Program-made: the position numbers and the translations under genes | Part shown: positions 33,414-45,271 of the stretch, in pieces | Layout of the letters: each line of letters opens with the position of its first letter | Numbering within the stretch: the first letter of the stretch is position 1 | DNA from: Lama guanicoe | Lineage: Eukaryota | Assembly (NCBI GenBank): GCA_013239625.1 | Contig: MU056960.1 | Coordinates: forward strand, 11,860,698 to 11,924,697 | Length of the DNA: 64,000 bases | Reading direction: 5' to 3' | The notes under the pieces: generated by a model | What the model saw: the letters and a program-made list of their open reading frames with translations, nothing else | Told to the model about the DNA's origin: nothing | The model's database searches: none

Positions 33414-34866
33414 CAGGGTGGATGTAGGTTTTCTGAATCCTATAGTCTACATAATTTGGAGGCGGAATTCTTGAAGTGAAGTAATAAAATGATAAACACC
33501 AGATTAGGTACAAAGTGAATACTCAGATGAAGAAACTCCCAGCGAAATGCAAATCTTAAAAAATGACAAACAGGACAAAAACATATATTTTTATTTCTTA
33601 ACTGCCTGATACCTCTCTGTAATAGTTTTTTAAACTTTACTTTTTAATTGCATGATCTTTTTTTTTTAAATTGTTGAAGCAGTTTATTTATAAATCACTG
33701 AGCATAGTTGAAGTGGCCGTTCTCCAGTTTTTAAGATGGAGAGAAATCTGTTGGCCGGTCACTGATGTTTTTTCTTCTTACCAACTATCTCACTGGGATC
33801 TGTTGTTACCAGCCCTTCAACAGAAAATTGTCTGGTGAACATCAATATAAAAGTCGCTCTCTGCTTCCCATAAAGTCTACTCCTAATCTCCCCGGTACAA
33901 GAATTGCTCCCCCAGGGGCTCATTGGGCACAAGAGTGCATTTTTTCTGAGTCTTAACTGCATCATCTTTGATTGCCTTTTCGTATGATAAAAATTTTGCA
34001 ATACCTTTTTCAATACCGAGCAAGGTTGACCAAAACTTGTTTTGTATTATTAAGAGTTTTGAAATGTTATTTGAGCATCACAGTTTGTTAATGATAATGT
34101 TGCGTTTATCAAGTTTTTCCCCACACTAGCTGTAAGACCTGGGGACAAGTGTTCTTGTTCAGGGCCAAATCTTACTCCTGATGTGATGACCCTCATACCA
34201 ATGTACATAGATGTCCTCACTGCAGAGGTGGAGAAAGTTTCATGTTATCTTCCAAGAAGGAAACTCCATTTTGTCTAATTATGGATAGAAACCATGACAC
34301 TTGGAAGAATCTTGACAGACAAGGTTATTACTCTGTACATTTCAAATAGTCTTTCTTTTCCATTTCTCACTTATTTCTGATTCTGGATTCTATGGGATCT
34401 GGTCATACTATTATATGACTTTTAGCTTTGTGCCACTGTCCTGATACCAGGTAGGTCAGTACCGTGGAGGTTAAGAGATTTCCTGGAAGCCATTCTTATA
34501 CTAGGAAGGCTAGCCACAACTTGATTTTACTTTAAAATGAGCAAACTACATACATCCATGCCCCTGAACCCAGCTGACAATGCATGCCACCTCAACTCCC
34601 TTCAGAAGTTTAAAGATAAGATGACCACCCCTCCAGTGACCCCCAGCACAAATGGAAGGAAGTGAAATGTCATGAAAGGGGGGTCAGAGCAGAAAGAGAC
34701 AACACTCTGAGTCAATTTCAGTTATAATAGCTTAGGTTTACAAATTCAGCAAAAACACAACCATGGGAACACACTGCCAGGGCTCCTCTTGTGCCTTAGA
34801 AGGGACCCAGGCAAGAGAAGAGTTTGAAGCTTCAGCTTCATCAGCTTCAAAGTAGATTGACCTCTG
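33414..34866 (-). mobile_element. hAT-Tip100 DNA transposon, Arthur1/MER69B-like, interrupted by a retrocopy
   Basis: Termini CAGGGTGGATGTAGGTTTT... and TGAAGCTTCAGCTTCATCAGCTTCAAAGTAGATTGACCTCTG. Confidence 0.75.
33661..33952 (-). pseudogene. 5'-truncated processed retrocopy of an unidentified mRNA 3' end
   Basis: On the minus strand: open frame to a stop at 33759, short 3'UTR, AATAAA (33683-33688), A tail; 17-bp TSD at 33644-33660 / 33953-33969 (15/17). Confidence 0.8.
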
Positions 34867-35039
34867 GACACATTCCTATGCTTTTCAGAGAATAAGTGCT
34901 GAGTGAATGAATGCGTTTTACTCCTAATGTGGAAGCCTAGGCCACGAGCTGGGATTACGGAACTCTTCAAACAAGTGGGAGGGACCTGCAAGGGCTCTCT
35001 CCTTCAATTGTGCCCCCGGGTGTCAGGACTGCCTCAGAG

Positions 35040-36190
35040 CCATGCCCAAAACTGAGTGCGGTGTTTCATGAATGATCTGACTGACCCACGCAGGGCAAGC
35101 AGAGTAGACCTCTCACCTTGCTCAGCCCAGCCAATTTGCTTCTATTAATCCTACAAAAGTTGCTTTACTGTGTTTTTTCTTTTCCTTCTTTTTTTGCAAA
35201 CTTCTCAGGACATTGATGCACACTGAGCTTATAGTCAACTAAAACCTTTTAATTTTTCCCGCTTGGTAAACCAGTTCTCCCCTAGGCTGTACCTGAGCAA
35301 TTTAAGGTGCATGTGATCAGCATTTGATGTGGTAGACTGAGTAAAGAAGACTGCCCTCACCAATGCAGGTGGGCATCGTCTAATCTGTTGAAGGACCTGA
35401 ACAGAACAAAAAGGCAGAGGAAGTGTGCACTTGCTCTCTTTGCTTGTGCTGGAACATCCATCTCCTCCTGCTCTTGGACGTCAGTGCTCCTGTTCCTGGG
35501 CCTTTGGACTTGGACTGAATTATACTACCAGCTTTCCTGGTTCTCCAGTTGGCAGACAGCAGATTGCAGGACTTTTTGGCCTCCATAATTGCATGAGCCA
35601 ATTACTATAATCAATCAATCAATCAATCCTATTGATTCTGTTCCTCTAGAGACCCCTAATACAGTCTAAATACACAGCTCCACGATGATTCCAATTAAAT
35701 TCCACACTCTTATGTTTAGCCTACACTCTGGCCTCATGAGATGGATCTGACTCTCCTGTGTGTCATCGAACATACCATCACTATCTTTTCTATAATGTTC
35801 AAGTCACTGATTCCAAACATAGACTGGGATGTGATCTTGGAGGGGGGCTCTAAGTTCATCCTCCTGAACCCCCTCTCTGGCCTGACATTAATTTATCAGC
35901 ATCTTTGGGGTTCAGATGATCATTCTGTATTTAGTCCATAATGCCACACAGCCCAAATTTCAACTTCACAAGGATACCGAGTGCCTTGGTGGAACCCATG
36001 TATCGTCTATATTTCCAAATCCTACAGTCCGGGGATCCCATTAAAATAATTAAATAAAGTTGGTATAAGATGCCTTTTTTCTTAGTGCATCCATTTTTTT
36101 TCCTGTTGACCATTACTTCTTTTTCTATGATCTCAAGACACTGACTTACAATTATGTGTTTATACAGCATTTCCCTAGCTCATCTAACTC
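35040..36190 (-). mobile_element. L3/CR1 decayed fragments, split by MLT2
   Basis: CCCAAAACTGAGTGCGGTGTTTC...CTGAGCTTATAGTCAACTAAAACC...TTCAAGTCACTGAT. Confidence 0.55.
35315..35663 (+). mobile_element. MLT2 (ERVL) solo LTR
   Basis: GACTGAGTAAAGAAGACTGCCCTCACCAATGCAGGTGGGCATC...CCTATTGATTCTGTTCCTCTAGAGACCCCTAATACA. Confidence 0.9.
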
Positions 36191-36923
36191 ACAGCTCTCT
36201 CCAGAGAGCAGGACTCTTTGTGATAGGTAAGAATACAGCTTTCAGTGTTTTTTAAGGTCAGTGATTCCAGAATGTATTTGTATGCAATGTCATAATAATT
36301 GCACTTGCTACAGGGCTGTGCAGTTTACAAGGCTTTTTCTTGTGCAATATCATTTAACAAAAACTATTTAGAAAAAAGGCAAGAATTCTGCTTTATGAAA
36401 AAGAATCACAAACCCTAATCATTAATGACCAATCCAGTCCCAGGATTTAAGACTCTGAAAAGACAATGAAATTGAACTTCCCATGTAAGCATTATGAAAT
36501 CCACATAGTATGATACCAAGATGCTAAATGCCATCGTCTCTATGTCACAGTAATCATTAGAGTGAGGAGAGACTTCTATGAGGCATTGATGCCCAATGGC
36601 TTGGGAAGCTTCTGTTATGACTTAGCATATGTCTGAACAGTCCTTATCCAGAGATCTACACTTTGGCTGCTTCCAAACAACCATATTAGATTGGAGATAG
36701 ATTGAGGTGTTAATTATAGACAAAGAAACTGAGTTCAGAAAGTGAAAAAGTGGCATGGTTTACCTTAGGGTAAGACTCCTCAAAGTCTAGACTTAAATTT
36801 GGCTTCTTACTGACTGCATGGAATAAAATGTAGATGATGCAGAGAATGGAGAAAATAAACAGGAACAAAAGAGAGATGGGGAAAATGTAGGTTTCCTTGG
36901 GATTTAAGGAGATAACCACTCCA

Positions 36924-37000
36924 GGTTCCTCAAAAAATTAAAAATAGAGCCACTAGAGTACCCAGCAATCCCACTTGTGGATATTTACCTAAAAGAATTG
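36924..37000 (+). mobile_element. L1 fragment running into the gap
   Basis: GGTTCCTCAAAAAATTAAAAATAGAG...CCCAGCAATCCCACTT. Confidence 0.85.
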
Positions 37001-37132
37001 NNNNNNNNNNNNNNNNNNNNNNNNNNNNNNNNNNNNNNNNNNNNNNNNNNNNNNNNNNNNNNNNNNNNNNNNNNNNNNNNNNNNNNNNNNNNNNNNNNNN
37101 NNNNNNNNNNNNNNNNNNNNNNNNNNNNNNNN
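37001..37132. other. Assembly gap (132 N)
   Basis: Run of N. Confidence 1.
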
Positions 37133-37499
37133 TGAATTGATGGTACAAGAATCATAAAGCAGAAATCCAGATTCAAGATCTCATCTGCCGTTCCCTGAAG
37201 GAATGACAGGTAACCAGGTGAGTGAATAAAAGCAAACAAGAGAACCTGGAGGACCAGAGATGGATGATGCAGGAGTCTTCTGGAGCTCTGATAATGACAG
37301 CAATCAGCATACCTCACATTCAGAGAGCACATCACATTTTTGAGCCCACCAGCTGTTTTACATTTCTCAGACTCCTTAACCCATAAAAGGAGCTACACAG
37401 ACATCTTAATATGAATTCACCACAACTCTGAAACCGACTCTGAGACAGAGGAAAAGGTACCATTGTCATTTTTCTGATGGACTTACTGGATCACGAAGG

Positions 37500-37995
37500 A
37501 ACAAGGGACTTACTACTCCAACACTGAAAATAACCGTTCATGTTGCTCACAGCTTTGTGGATCAAGAGGTCTTAGCTGAATAGAGCCTTTCTGCTCTATG
37601 TGACACCATCCCAGGAGGCAGGGACTGGAGAATCCACTTTGAAGATGGCGCCACTCACGTGTGTGGTGCCTTGGTGCTCCCTGGTCTCTCACTCCATGAG
37701 ATGTCACATCCTCCAGGGCCTCTCCACATGGCTTGGATTTTTCACATCATGGTAGCCTCATGGGAGACGCACTTCAATAGCAGCTCATTCCCAAGAGGAA
37801 GTAAGTGGAAGCTGCTAGGCCAGCAAAGAGAACTGGCATAGAGTCACTTCCACTGCATTCCATTTGTCACAGCTGTCACGCTGTCCCACTCCAAGTCAAA
37901 GGGGTGGATAACCTCAACTTCTTGTTGGAACAGAACAAAGTCACATTGCAGAAGAGGATGTGGGATGAGAGACTGTTCTAGATAACCTTCCCACA
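37500..37995 (-). mobile_element. MLT1G/H-like solo LTR
   Basis: GGACTGGAGAATCCACTTTGAAGATGGC...GTCACTTCCACTGCATTCCATT...AAAGTCACATTGCAGAAGAGGATGTGGGATG. Confidence 0.8.
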
Positions 37996-38279
37996 GACCA
38001 GAATTTTGATTTCCCAAACCCTATTCTCTTGTGTTTCCCACCAAACAATACTTGATATGTACCAAATATGAACAGTGCATGTACACCCACCTTAGCAGGA
38101 CGCAACTGCTTTATGCACAGCTACATGCATCACCCGTAATGTTTTTCCCCAAGAAAACAATTAAAATTTAGTGCCACTTTTAGCAATTATAAATTCACAA
38201 GTTGGTAGTGGATATATATATTTTTAAGACTAGTAAAACATACATTCAGAATCCGCTCATTTGGGATTTGAAGTGATTT

Positions 38280-38440
38280 TAGAAATATGTTTGCAAATCA
38301 AATTATCAGTTCTAACAAAATTGGAAGGGGGATATGTAATCTACTTAAGAAAATTAACTCTGGATATTTGGCAATAACTTTATCAGCATCATTTTCGTTG
38401 TAAACATTGTGCTTATCAATGATTCTTATCTAGTCATTAA
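38280..38440. promoter_or_regulatory. Candidate GATA/FOX/SOX enhancer
   Basis: Four TTATCW sites, two FOX sites and a CATTGT within about 145 bp of non-repeat DNA. Confidence 0.4.
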
Positions 38441-38964
38441 AGTCGGCCTTGTATTTGGCTAAGCGCTTGTCATAATTTCACAATTTTCACTCACTAGGGC
38501 TGGCCACCCTCCAAGATATTCCAATTAAGAGTTTATTACTCTGTCACACTTTCAGGAGTCTGTGTCGACATATAGTTAAATTCTATCTAGAGGACATATC
38601 CCAGGCTACAGCTGTTCTGCTTCTGTGGGATTTTTTGGTCTTGTTTTTCTAATGAAAATAATCTATTGATCCTGTTCATAAGAGGAGCACACAGCTCCAA
38701 ATCATTACCTCCTGGCAGTAACTAATTTTGAGTCCTCTCTGCTTCACCACACTCCTTAATGGCAGTTGAATAAACATCTAAGATGCGGACTTCTCAGTCC
38801 TTTCCGAAGGATAGTATTTCCCAACAAGGGGGTAAAAATAAAAATTAAAAAAAAATCTAATGAATATTTACAGAGCATCAAACTACGTGTTGAATGCCAA
38901 GTCTGGTGCCCTCAGGGTCTCTGCCCTTAAGAAGCTCACAGCACAGCAGTGGGAGATGGTACGA

Positions 38965-39470
38965 ACCCACACTCAGGGTAATTCTGCTCAGCCTGGAAAG
39001 GACCAGGCCTCCCACCCTCTCAAGTAACAGCTGACAGGACCAGGGATGGACATGTGACCTAAAGACAGCTGGTGTGACCTATGGCTGTGCTCAGGCAGAT
39101 AAACTGGTTCATTCTAATTCTCACCAGAGTTTTCAGTAAAAGACATAAATGCTTTTGCCAACAGGAGTGATAAGCATTAGAGTTGACAGGTCAGATAGGT
39201 TTAGGGACTGGGGCAGACATTTCTTCAGAAAAAGCCAGTCTGTAGAAAAAGTAGAACTGGGCAATCTAGCAGCACATGGCCCCAGAAGGGGACAAGATGG
39301 AAAGAGAACAAAACCTTGTTGTCATTCTGGTTCCCAGCCAGAGTTCCCAAGAGGCAGGTTCTACTTGGATTTTGTTCTTGGATTCTATGAGCTCCCTTTA
39401 CAATACAATAATCATTTTTTGTGTTTGAGCTGGTTCGATGAGGTTCTGTACCTTGAAACTCAAAGACCCA
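38965..39470 (+). mobile_element. Old LTR (LTR16/MLT1K-like)
   Basis: GGGATGGACATGTGACCT...GCTGGTTCGATGAGGTTCTGTACCTTGAAACTCAAAGA. Confidence 0.6.
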
Positions 39471-39480
39471 AAAGAATCTC

Positions 39481-39685
39481 TTTTTTTTGTTTGTTTTAGA
39501 TTTCACATATACGTGAGGTCATACGGTATTTATCTTTCTCTCTGGCTTATTTCACCTACATAAAGCCATCAAGTCCCAGCCATGTTGTCACAAAAGGAAA
39601 GAGTTCATTCTTTTTCATGACTAAATAGTATTCCATTATCTATATCTATATCTATATCTACCTAATGTTTTTTAAATTCATTCAT
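39481..39685 (-). mobile_element. L1 3'UTR fragment
   Basis: TTTTAGATTTCACATATACGTGAGGTCATACGGTATTTATCTTTCTC...TAGTATTCCATT. Confidence 0.9.
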
Positions 39686-40239
39686 GCATTTAACTTCATT
39701 TTTGAAAATAGTATTAGGCTTTCATAGATACCTCAATAAATCAACTTGGAGTCAATAAATAGCTTTTTTTAAAACTAAAAACCCCAAACCAAATACACAA
39801 GCAAAAGAAAGGTAGTCTTCTGTTTTCCCTGTCCTGAGGTTTTGCTTCAGCTGCTCTACCTACCTCTTCCCGCCCCCTCCACCACCCCTGTTGCCCTCCC
39901 CACCTGCACTACCCACCTGGTCTTAAGTCCCAGTGCGAGGGTCAGCCTTTTCTCCCCATAGCACTCCAAGGTTAATCCAACCCACTTTTCCCACTGCAGC
40001 TATAGCTCATACAGACCATTTGTCAGTTTTTCTATACCCCCAGCCCAACCTAGGGAAGCCCCAGCCTGTACCTCCTCTTCCTCCCTCTGCTGTTGGGATC
40101 TCAACCTGCCTCAGACCTGAGCCTTCCCAAGCTACCATGTGGATGAAGTGAAGTTAAAAGGAAATAGCACAGTTGTGATAACACCTAGTGTTCAATAAAT
40201 GTGGATGGAATCTCTAGATTCACAGACAGCAAATAAGAC

Positions 40240-40460
40240 AGCTGGGGTGTAACTGAAAAGATACTGACACCTGTACTCCACTGGCTCCACTGATTGAGGG
40301 ATTACGGCCACGTCACCCAACCTTCTAAGCCTCGGGATGTGTATCAGTAAAACAGAGGCAATAATTCCTATCTCACAAGACTCTTGAGAAGAGTAAAGGA
40401 GACAACGTATGTGAAAGAATCAGGCCATGTGTGGCCTGTAGGCCTAAAATAAGCAGTAAT
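40240..40460 (+). mobile_element. MIR SINE (diverged)
   Basis: CCTTCTAAGCCTC...CAGTAAAACAGAGGCAATAATTCCTATCTCACA. Confidence 0.7.
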
Positions 40461-40682
40461 TCATCCTTGGTTTCAACCATTGCATTGAGTGGCCACTGAC
40501 TGGTTCATTGTAATGCTACATATATAATTTTTCACGGGCAGATTGTATGTCCCTGGAGGTCATAGACCACGGCCCACTTCTTCAAATTCCTAAACTTAAT
40601 ATTGGCACATAGAAAGTTCCCAGTAAATTTATTAATTGATTAATTGAAAGCTGTATACTAAAAACTTTTGTTAGCGCTCGCT

Positions 40683-40712
40683 CACACACACATACACACA
40701 CACACACACACA
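40683..40712. repeat. (CA)n microsatellite
   Basis: Directly visible, one interruption. Confidence 0.95.
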
Positions 40713-41489
40713 ATCAGAAGACCCACGTTCCCATTCATCCAGCCACATAAATCATTCACTGTTTCTGTAATCTTTTCAAAGAGCTAGGATAGTCAATTTC
40801 CAATTATCTGTGTCAGTGGGGAACAGGAATAGTCTGAATAATGAAACCCACAAATAATCCATACATTTAATTTTAGTAGCTGCTAGCAGCCAGTATGAAA
40901 ATGTCCCACTGTGAATGTCACTGTTCTTCCTGCCCCGCCTTCCTCTCTGGCAGGCGCAGATATTGCCAAAAGGCGTCCTCAGCAGAGAGAGGGGAAACCC
41001 AGAGTCTAGATGATCTGCAGGCTGGCTAATCAGCCTTGGAATAATGAAGCCTGGCTCTGCTTCTCAGAGGGCATTGCCGGGTGCAGTGGCAAAGGACAAA
41101 GAAGAATGACAGGATCACACACTAAAGTCCAATTCCCACAACACCCTGGCCTGTATGGTCACCAGCCATGGGTGCTCCCTGGCTACATCCACCCACGTGG
41201 GGCCTACTCCTCACTCTGAGACTCTGGAAAAGAGACTCACGGGGCAAATAAAACAAGAATCACACCACACAGTGCCAGATCCACTTTACTTAATTACCCA
41301 AATACTGTTGAACACTTACTATGACATGTGCCCATTATATGTGTGTATGTGGTGTGTGTGTGTGCGTATGCATCTATCACGCACATGTACAAACAATTAC
41401 TGTGCCTCTGGAACACAAGACAGACCCGGGAAGAAACAGGCCTGATTTGAGAAAAGATTTCTCAGAATCTTGAATGCAAATGTCTTCAG

Positions 41490-42105
41490 TGAAATGACTT
41501 CAGTTTCTTCCCACGAAGAGATGGGGTCTAAGTTTCTTCCTCTTGAATGCCTGTGGACTTCTGCAGAAGTGACCCTATGTGACCCCCAAGGCCAGGGCCA
41601 CTTCCACGAGTACCAGAGTTGGCTCATAACAACTGTGCCAGCTCTCTTCCCAACTTTGTGTTCAGTGACCTGAAATGGGTCATGGTGGGGGTATTTGCAT
41701 CATGGAAATCAGCAGACATAACAAACCAGGGCTTTTTCACCCAGGAAGCCAGTTGTTAAACATTTCCCAGCACGTTGCTTCACCTTGTTCTCTTGTGATG
41801 CTTACTCCTGGAATACAGTCATCACGCTGTGGGGACACCGGAGCAGCCCAAGGAGAGGCCCACGTGGCAGGAAGCCAAGGACCCTGGCCCAGCCCTCACT
41901 GAGCTCCCAGCTGAAGCAGCACCAACTCTCCAGCCATATGAGCGCTCCCTGAGAGTGGCTCCTCCAGCCCCCGCCATGTCACCGCAGCTGACACCACACA
42001 GAGCAGAGACAAGGCTTTCCTACTGAACTGTGTCTAACTGCAGACAACTCAAGAGCACCCGAGGAGCTTTGGAGTGACTTGTGCAGCCGCAACAGTGCCA
42101 GAACC
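41490..42105 (+). mobile_element. MLT1F/G-like solo LTR, split by MER63A
   Basis: GCAGAAGTGACCCTATGTGAC...GGAGAGGCCCACGTGG...CAGCTGACACCACACAGAGCAGAGAC. Confidence 0.8.
41605..41779. mobile_element. MER63A hAT-Blackjack MITE
   Basis: TCTCTTCCCAACTTTGTGTTCAGTGAC...CATGGTGGGGGTATTTGCATCATGGAAATC...GTTGTTAAACATTTCCCAGCAC. Confidence 0.85.
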
Positions 42106-42699
42106 CTGTTCCTGGCAGCCTGGGGTAGCTTGGCTCTGCCCCAGATGGGCCCTTTTACCTATGGTCACCAATGTCACTCTTCTTTGCTGGTTCTCACTGT
42201 TTCACATCCCACATTAATTCAGGCAGATGTGGCCCTTTCTTTGTACCAGGGCTGACATCCTCCCCTTAGAGAATTCCAGAATCCCCACCTCTAGCTGCTC
42301 ACCGTTCAGCTCATGGTAGCTTGAGCTGGAGCTGGTCTGCATCTGTTTTCCTGAATCTCTTGCTCTGGATATTCTGAATTTGAAAGTGGATGCTGTCTAC
42401 AAAGCTGGAAATCAGGGAGTTTGGCTCTGTACCGACTGCTGTCATCTGGAATGTCTTGTCTCAGGTGTTGCCAGGCGTCTGACCTTTTCGACAGAACTGG
42501 AAAACATCCCTGTTTGGTGCAACCTGAAAAGTCTCCTTCACTGTCAAAATTACTGGCTCCACCTCACTTCCCATAGCTCACTCTCAGGCATGCATCCTTG
42601 TTGGGGAAGGACAGAGCTTCCTAACTTGCCATCTCACTCCTGCTCACGTCGGGGTTATACCAGGTGTGAGAGGCACACAGTGAGTAAGGTTCTATCCTT

Positions 42700-43300
42700 G
42701 CCTGCAAGGGCTGCCATCCACTGGGTGTGTGCACTAAGGGGACTGGGGAAGCCTCAATTTGGGTTTTAAAGTTTGAATAAGAGTTTTCTTGGCAGAAAGA
42801 GAGCAGGAAGGAGGGAAGGAAGGAAATAAAGAAGGAAGGAAGGAAGGCGAGAGGGAGGGAAGGAAAGAAAACGAATTCCTGGAAGAAAGGAAAATACAGA
42901 TGGAGGCAGGTTAGGCAAAGAGTGAGAATTTGGATGTATTTGGAGCAAAAAGTGCAAAAGTAGAGAGCTCAGAAGACAGCACGGAGTCAGACAAAGTATG
43001 AACTTCGATCCAAGGGCAACGCGGAGTAATTGCAAGTAAGACCAAAACAACATGACCTGATTTGCATTTTCTAAAAATAACTTATCGAAGGCCGAGTGGG
43101 AAAGGGCTCAATGGGGGACTTAGTTGCCAATCAAAAGAGGCCAATCTGAAGGCTATTTCCAAGCAAGAGGTGATGAGGGCTAAAAATGACATGATGATGA
43201 TTGGTACAGAGAGAAAAATATTTGTAATACTTGTGGAACAGAAAACACAGCATTTGGTGAGTGCTTGCATCTGGGGGATAAGGAGAGGTGTGGAGGGACT
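42700..43300 (-). mobile_element. L2 decayed fragment containing a (GGAA)n-like tract at about 42805-42868
   Basis: CATGACCTGATTTGCATTTTCTAAAAATAACT...GAAGGCTATT...CCAAGCAAGAGGTGATGAGGG. Confidence 0.7.
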
Positions 43301-43324
43301 GGAGTGTATGAAGCAGGAGCCTAA

Positions 43325-43570
43325 CAACAGCAGCAGTGGCAGCGGCAAACACTTACACGGCGCTTCCTGTGTGCTGGGCACTATGTCAAGGACTCTACTG
43401 TGCTGTCATTTAATCCCCACATCGGTCTTAGGAAGTATGATTACTGTTATTGTTATTATTATCTCACTTTCACAGATGAGGAGATTGAGGCACAGTGAGA
43501 CTCAGTCATTTACCTAAAGTCACAGAGCTGGGATATCAAACCCAGCTTTTAGGGATTACCCAGCACTGCC
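43325..43570 (-). mobile_element. MIR SINE
   Basis: TTTCACAGATGAGGAGATTGAGGCACAG...CCTAAAGTCACAGAGCTGGGATATCAAACCCAG. Confidence 0.9.
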
Positions 43571-45221
43571 TCTCCAGGGAACAACTCTGGGAAGAGGATG
43601 CAGAGGGCGGTCCTCCAAAAACAAAGTGATGGGTCTAGCGCCAGAGATGAGGAGAGAGAGAGAGACTTACATGTCCTTTAGAGGAGGAAACAGGGCTAGG
43701 TAACAGATTCGGTCTAAAGCACTCTGCTTCCTTTGACAGCCTGAGCTTCCTAGCTTTCAGGGCCCCGGAACGGTCCCATGAATGCAAAGCTGAAGCTCTT
43801 GATGGGCCTTGAGTCAGTCCTGAGCAAGGACAGCCATCAGCAACCTTGGTGCTACTACCCTGGGAGCTCAGCTGAAGTCACTCTCCCAGTCCTGGGACCC
43901 TGGGTTCCAGCCCCTGTCCTGGGTACCCCCTGCCCCAAGCTCCCCATGGATGTCAACCAGACCCGGATCCAATCCCACATGGAGCCCCAGGGAGCAGCTC
44001 CTTCCCAGACAGAGCCCTCTTTCTGCAGAACCAGCTTACAAGTCCCATCCTTGGCTCTGATCACACGCCCTGCCGCGTGCTCCAGGGCCTGCCTCCGGCC
44101 AGAGCTTTGCTCACAGGCTCTCATGCTGTTCTGCCCACTCAACTCCCACATACTGGCTGCCACCCTGGTACCCTGCTGCTGGGCGACCCTGACTGATGGG
44201 TTCTTGGGAGCTCACCCTTCTAGAATAAACGAGACTGACGGATGCTCTCAGACATTGTGCTGGAGCTAGGTCAGCTCTCACGTGTGCCCGCCCTATCCTA
44301 GGTGGCTGCTCTGTGTGTCCAGCCTCCCTCCTGCCCCACAAGGGCTGACCCAGTGCTGGTAAAGGGCATCAGGCCTCCAGATAAAGCTGTGCAGAACCAG
44401 AGCCACAGGAAAGGGGAAAGTGACAGCAGCGTCGGAGCTGGCAGTGAGGTTTCCAGCCTGGGAGGAAGAGTAATAACACTGGCAGAAGCAGAGTCTCTGG
44501 GAGGGCATGAAGCTGCTTTGCGCCCTAGCTTCTGGGTGGGTGAGGTCCCCGGCCTCGCCACTCACGTTGTGCAGGCAGCTGTGCCTGTCACACCATCTGC
44601 ATCGCAGAATGCCACGGAACTCACGCAGGACGCCCATCTGCTTGGGGGTGGGAACACGAGCCTTCGGATGACTCAAGGGCTGCCGCGCAGCTCGGCTCCT
44701 TCCAGCACGCCTTTCCAGTGGGGCCAATTTTCCGCCACACAAAGCCCACGAGCTGCCGATCTGTGGCCATTTGTGAGCCGTCTGTGCTCACTAATGAGGA
44801 CCGGTTGTCACTGAAGGCACCCCTGATTTCCACTGCTGAACATTATGGCTGCGTGGAACTCCAAGTGAACTCCACAAAGCCTAAAGACACAGGACACTTC
44901 ATTTCAAGACATTAGCTTCCAACCATATCAAGAGTTCTTAAGGCACCCAGGACACTGGCAGCAAAGGGCTCGGCTTTGTGACGTCCCGTGAACATGTGTT
45001 TCGGGTGTTCCTTAATGGTACCAGGGTTTTGACCTTTGCCATTGCTGTTCCACATGAAGAATGAATGCTCTTTCCTATATGCCTTCTTCAGAGCCCTGCC
45101 TTCCATCCTCATGGGAAAATTGAACAATCCAGTTTATTCTGCACAGCAGCAATTATCAAGCCAAAGTTCATTAACAGTGAGCAAAGCGGTACTCTGTGTG
45201 GGTAGGCGAATGATAGACCAA

Positions 45222-45271
45222 GTGATAGATGATAGATAGATAATAAATAGAAAATAGATAGACAGACAGAC
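45222..45271. repeat. Imperfect (GATA)n(GACA)n microsatellite
   Basis: Directly visible. Confidence 0.9.

Noticed and set aside
43778-44814. Longest ORFs in the track (163 and 170 aa)
   Set aside because: GC-rich DNA with overlapping ORFs on both strands and no domain; the 170-aa ORF starts at GTG
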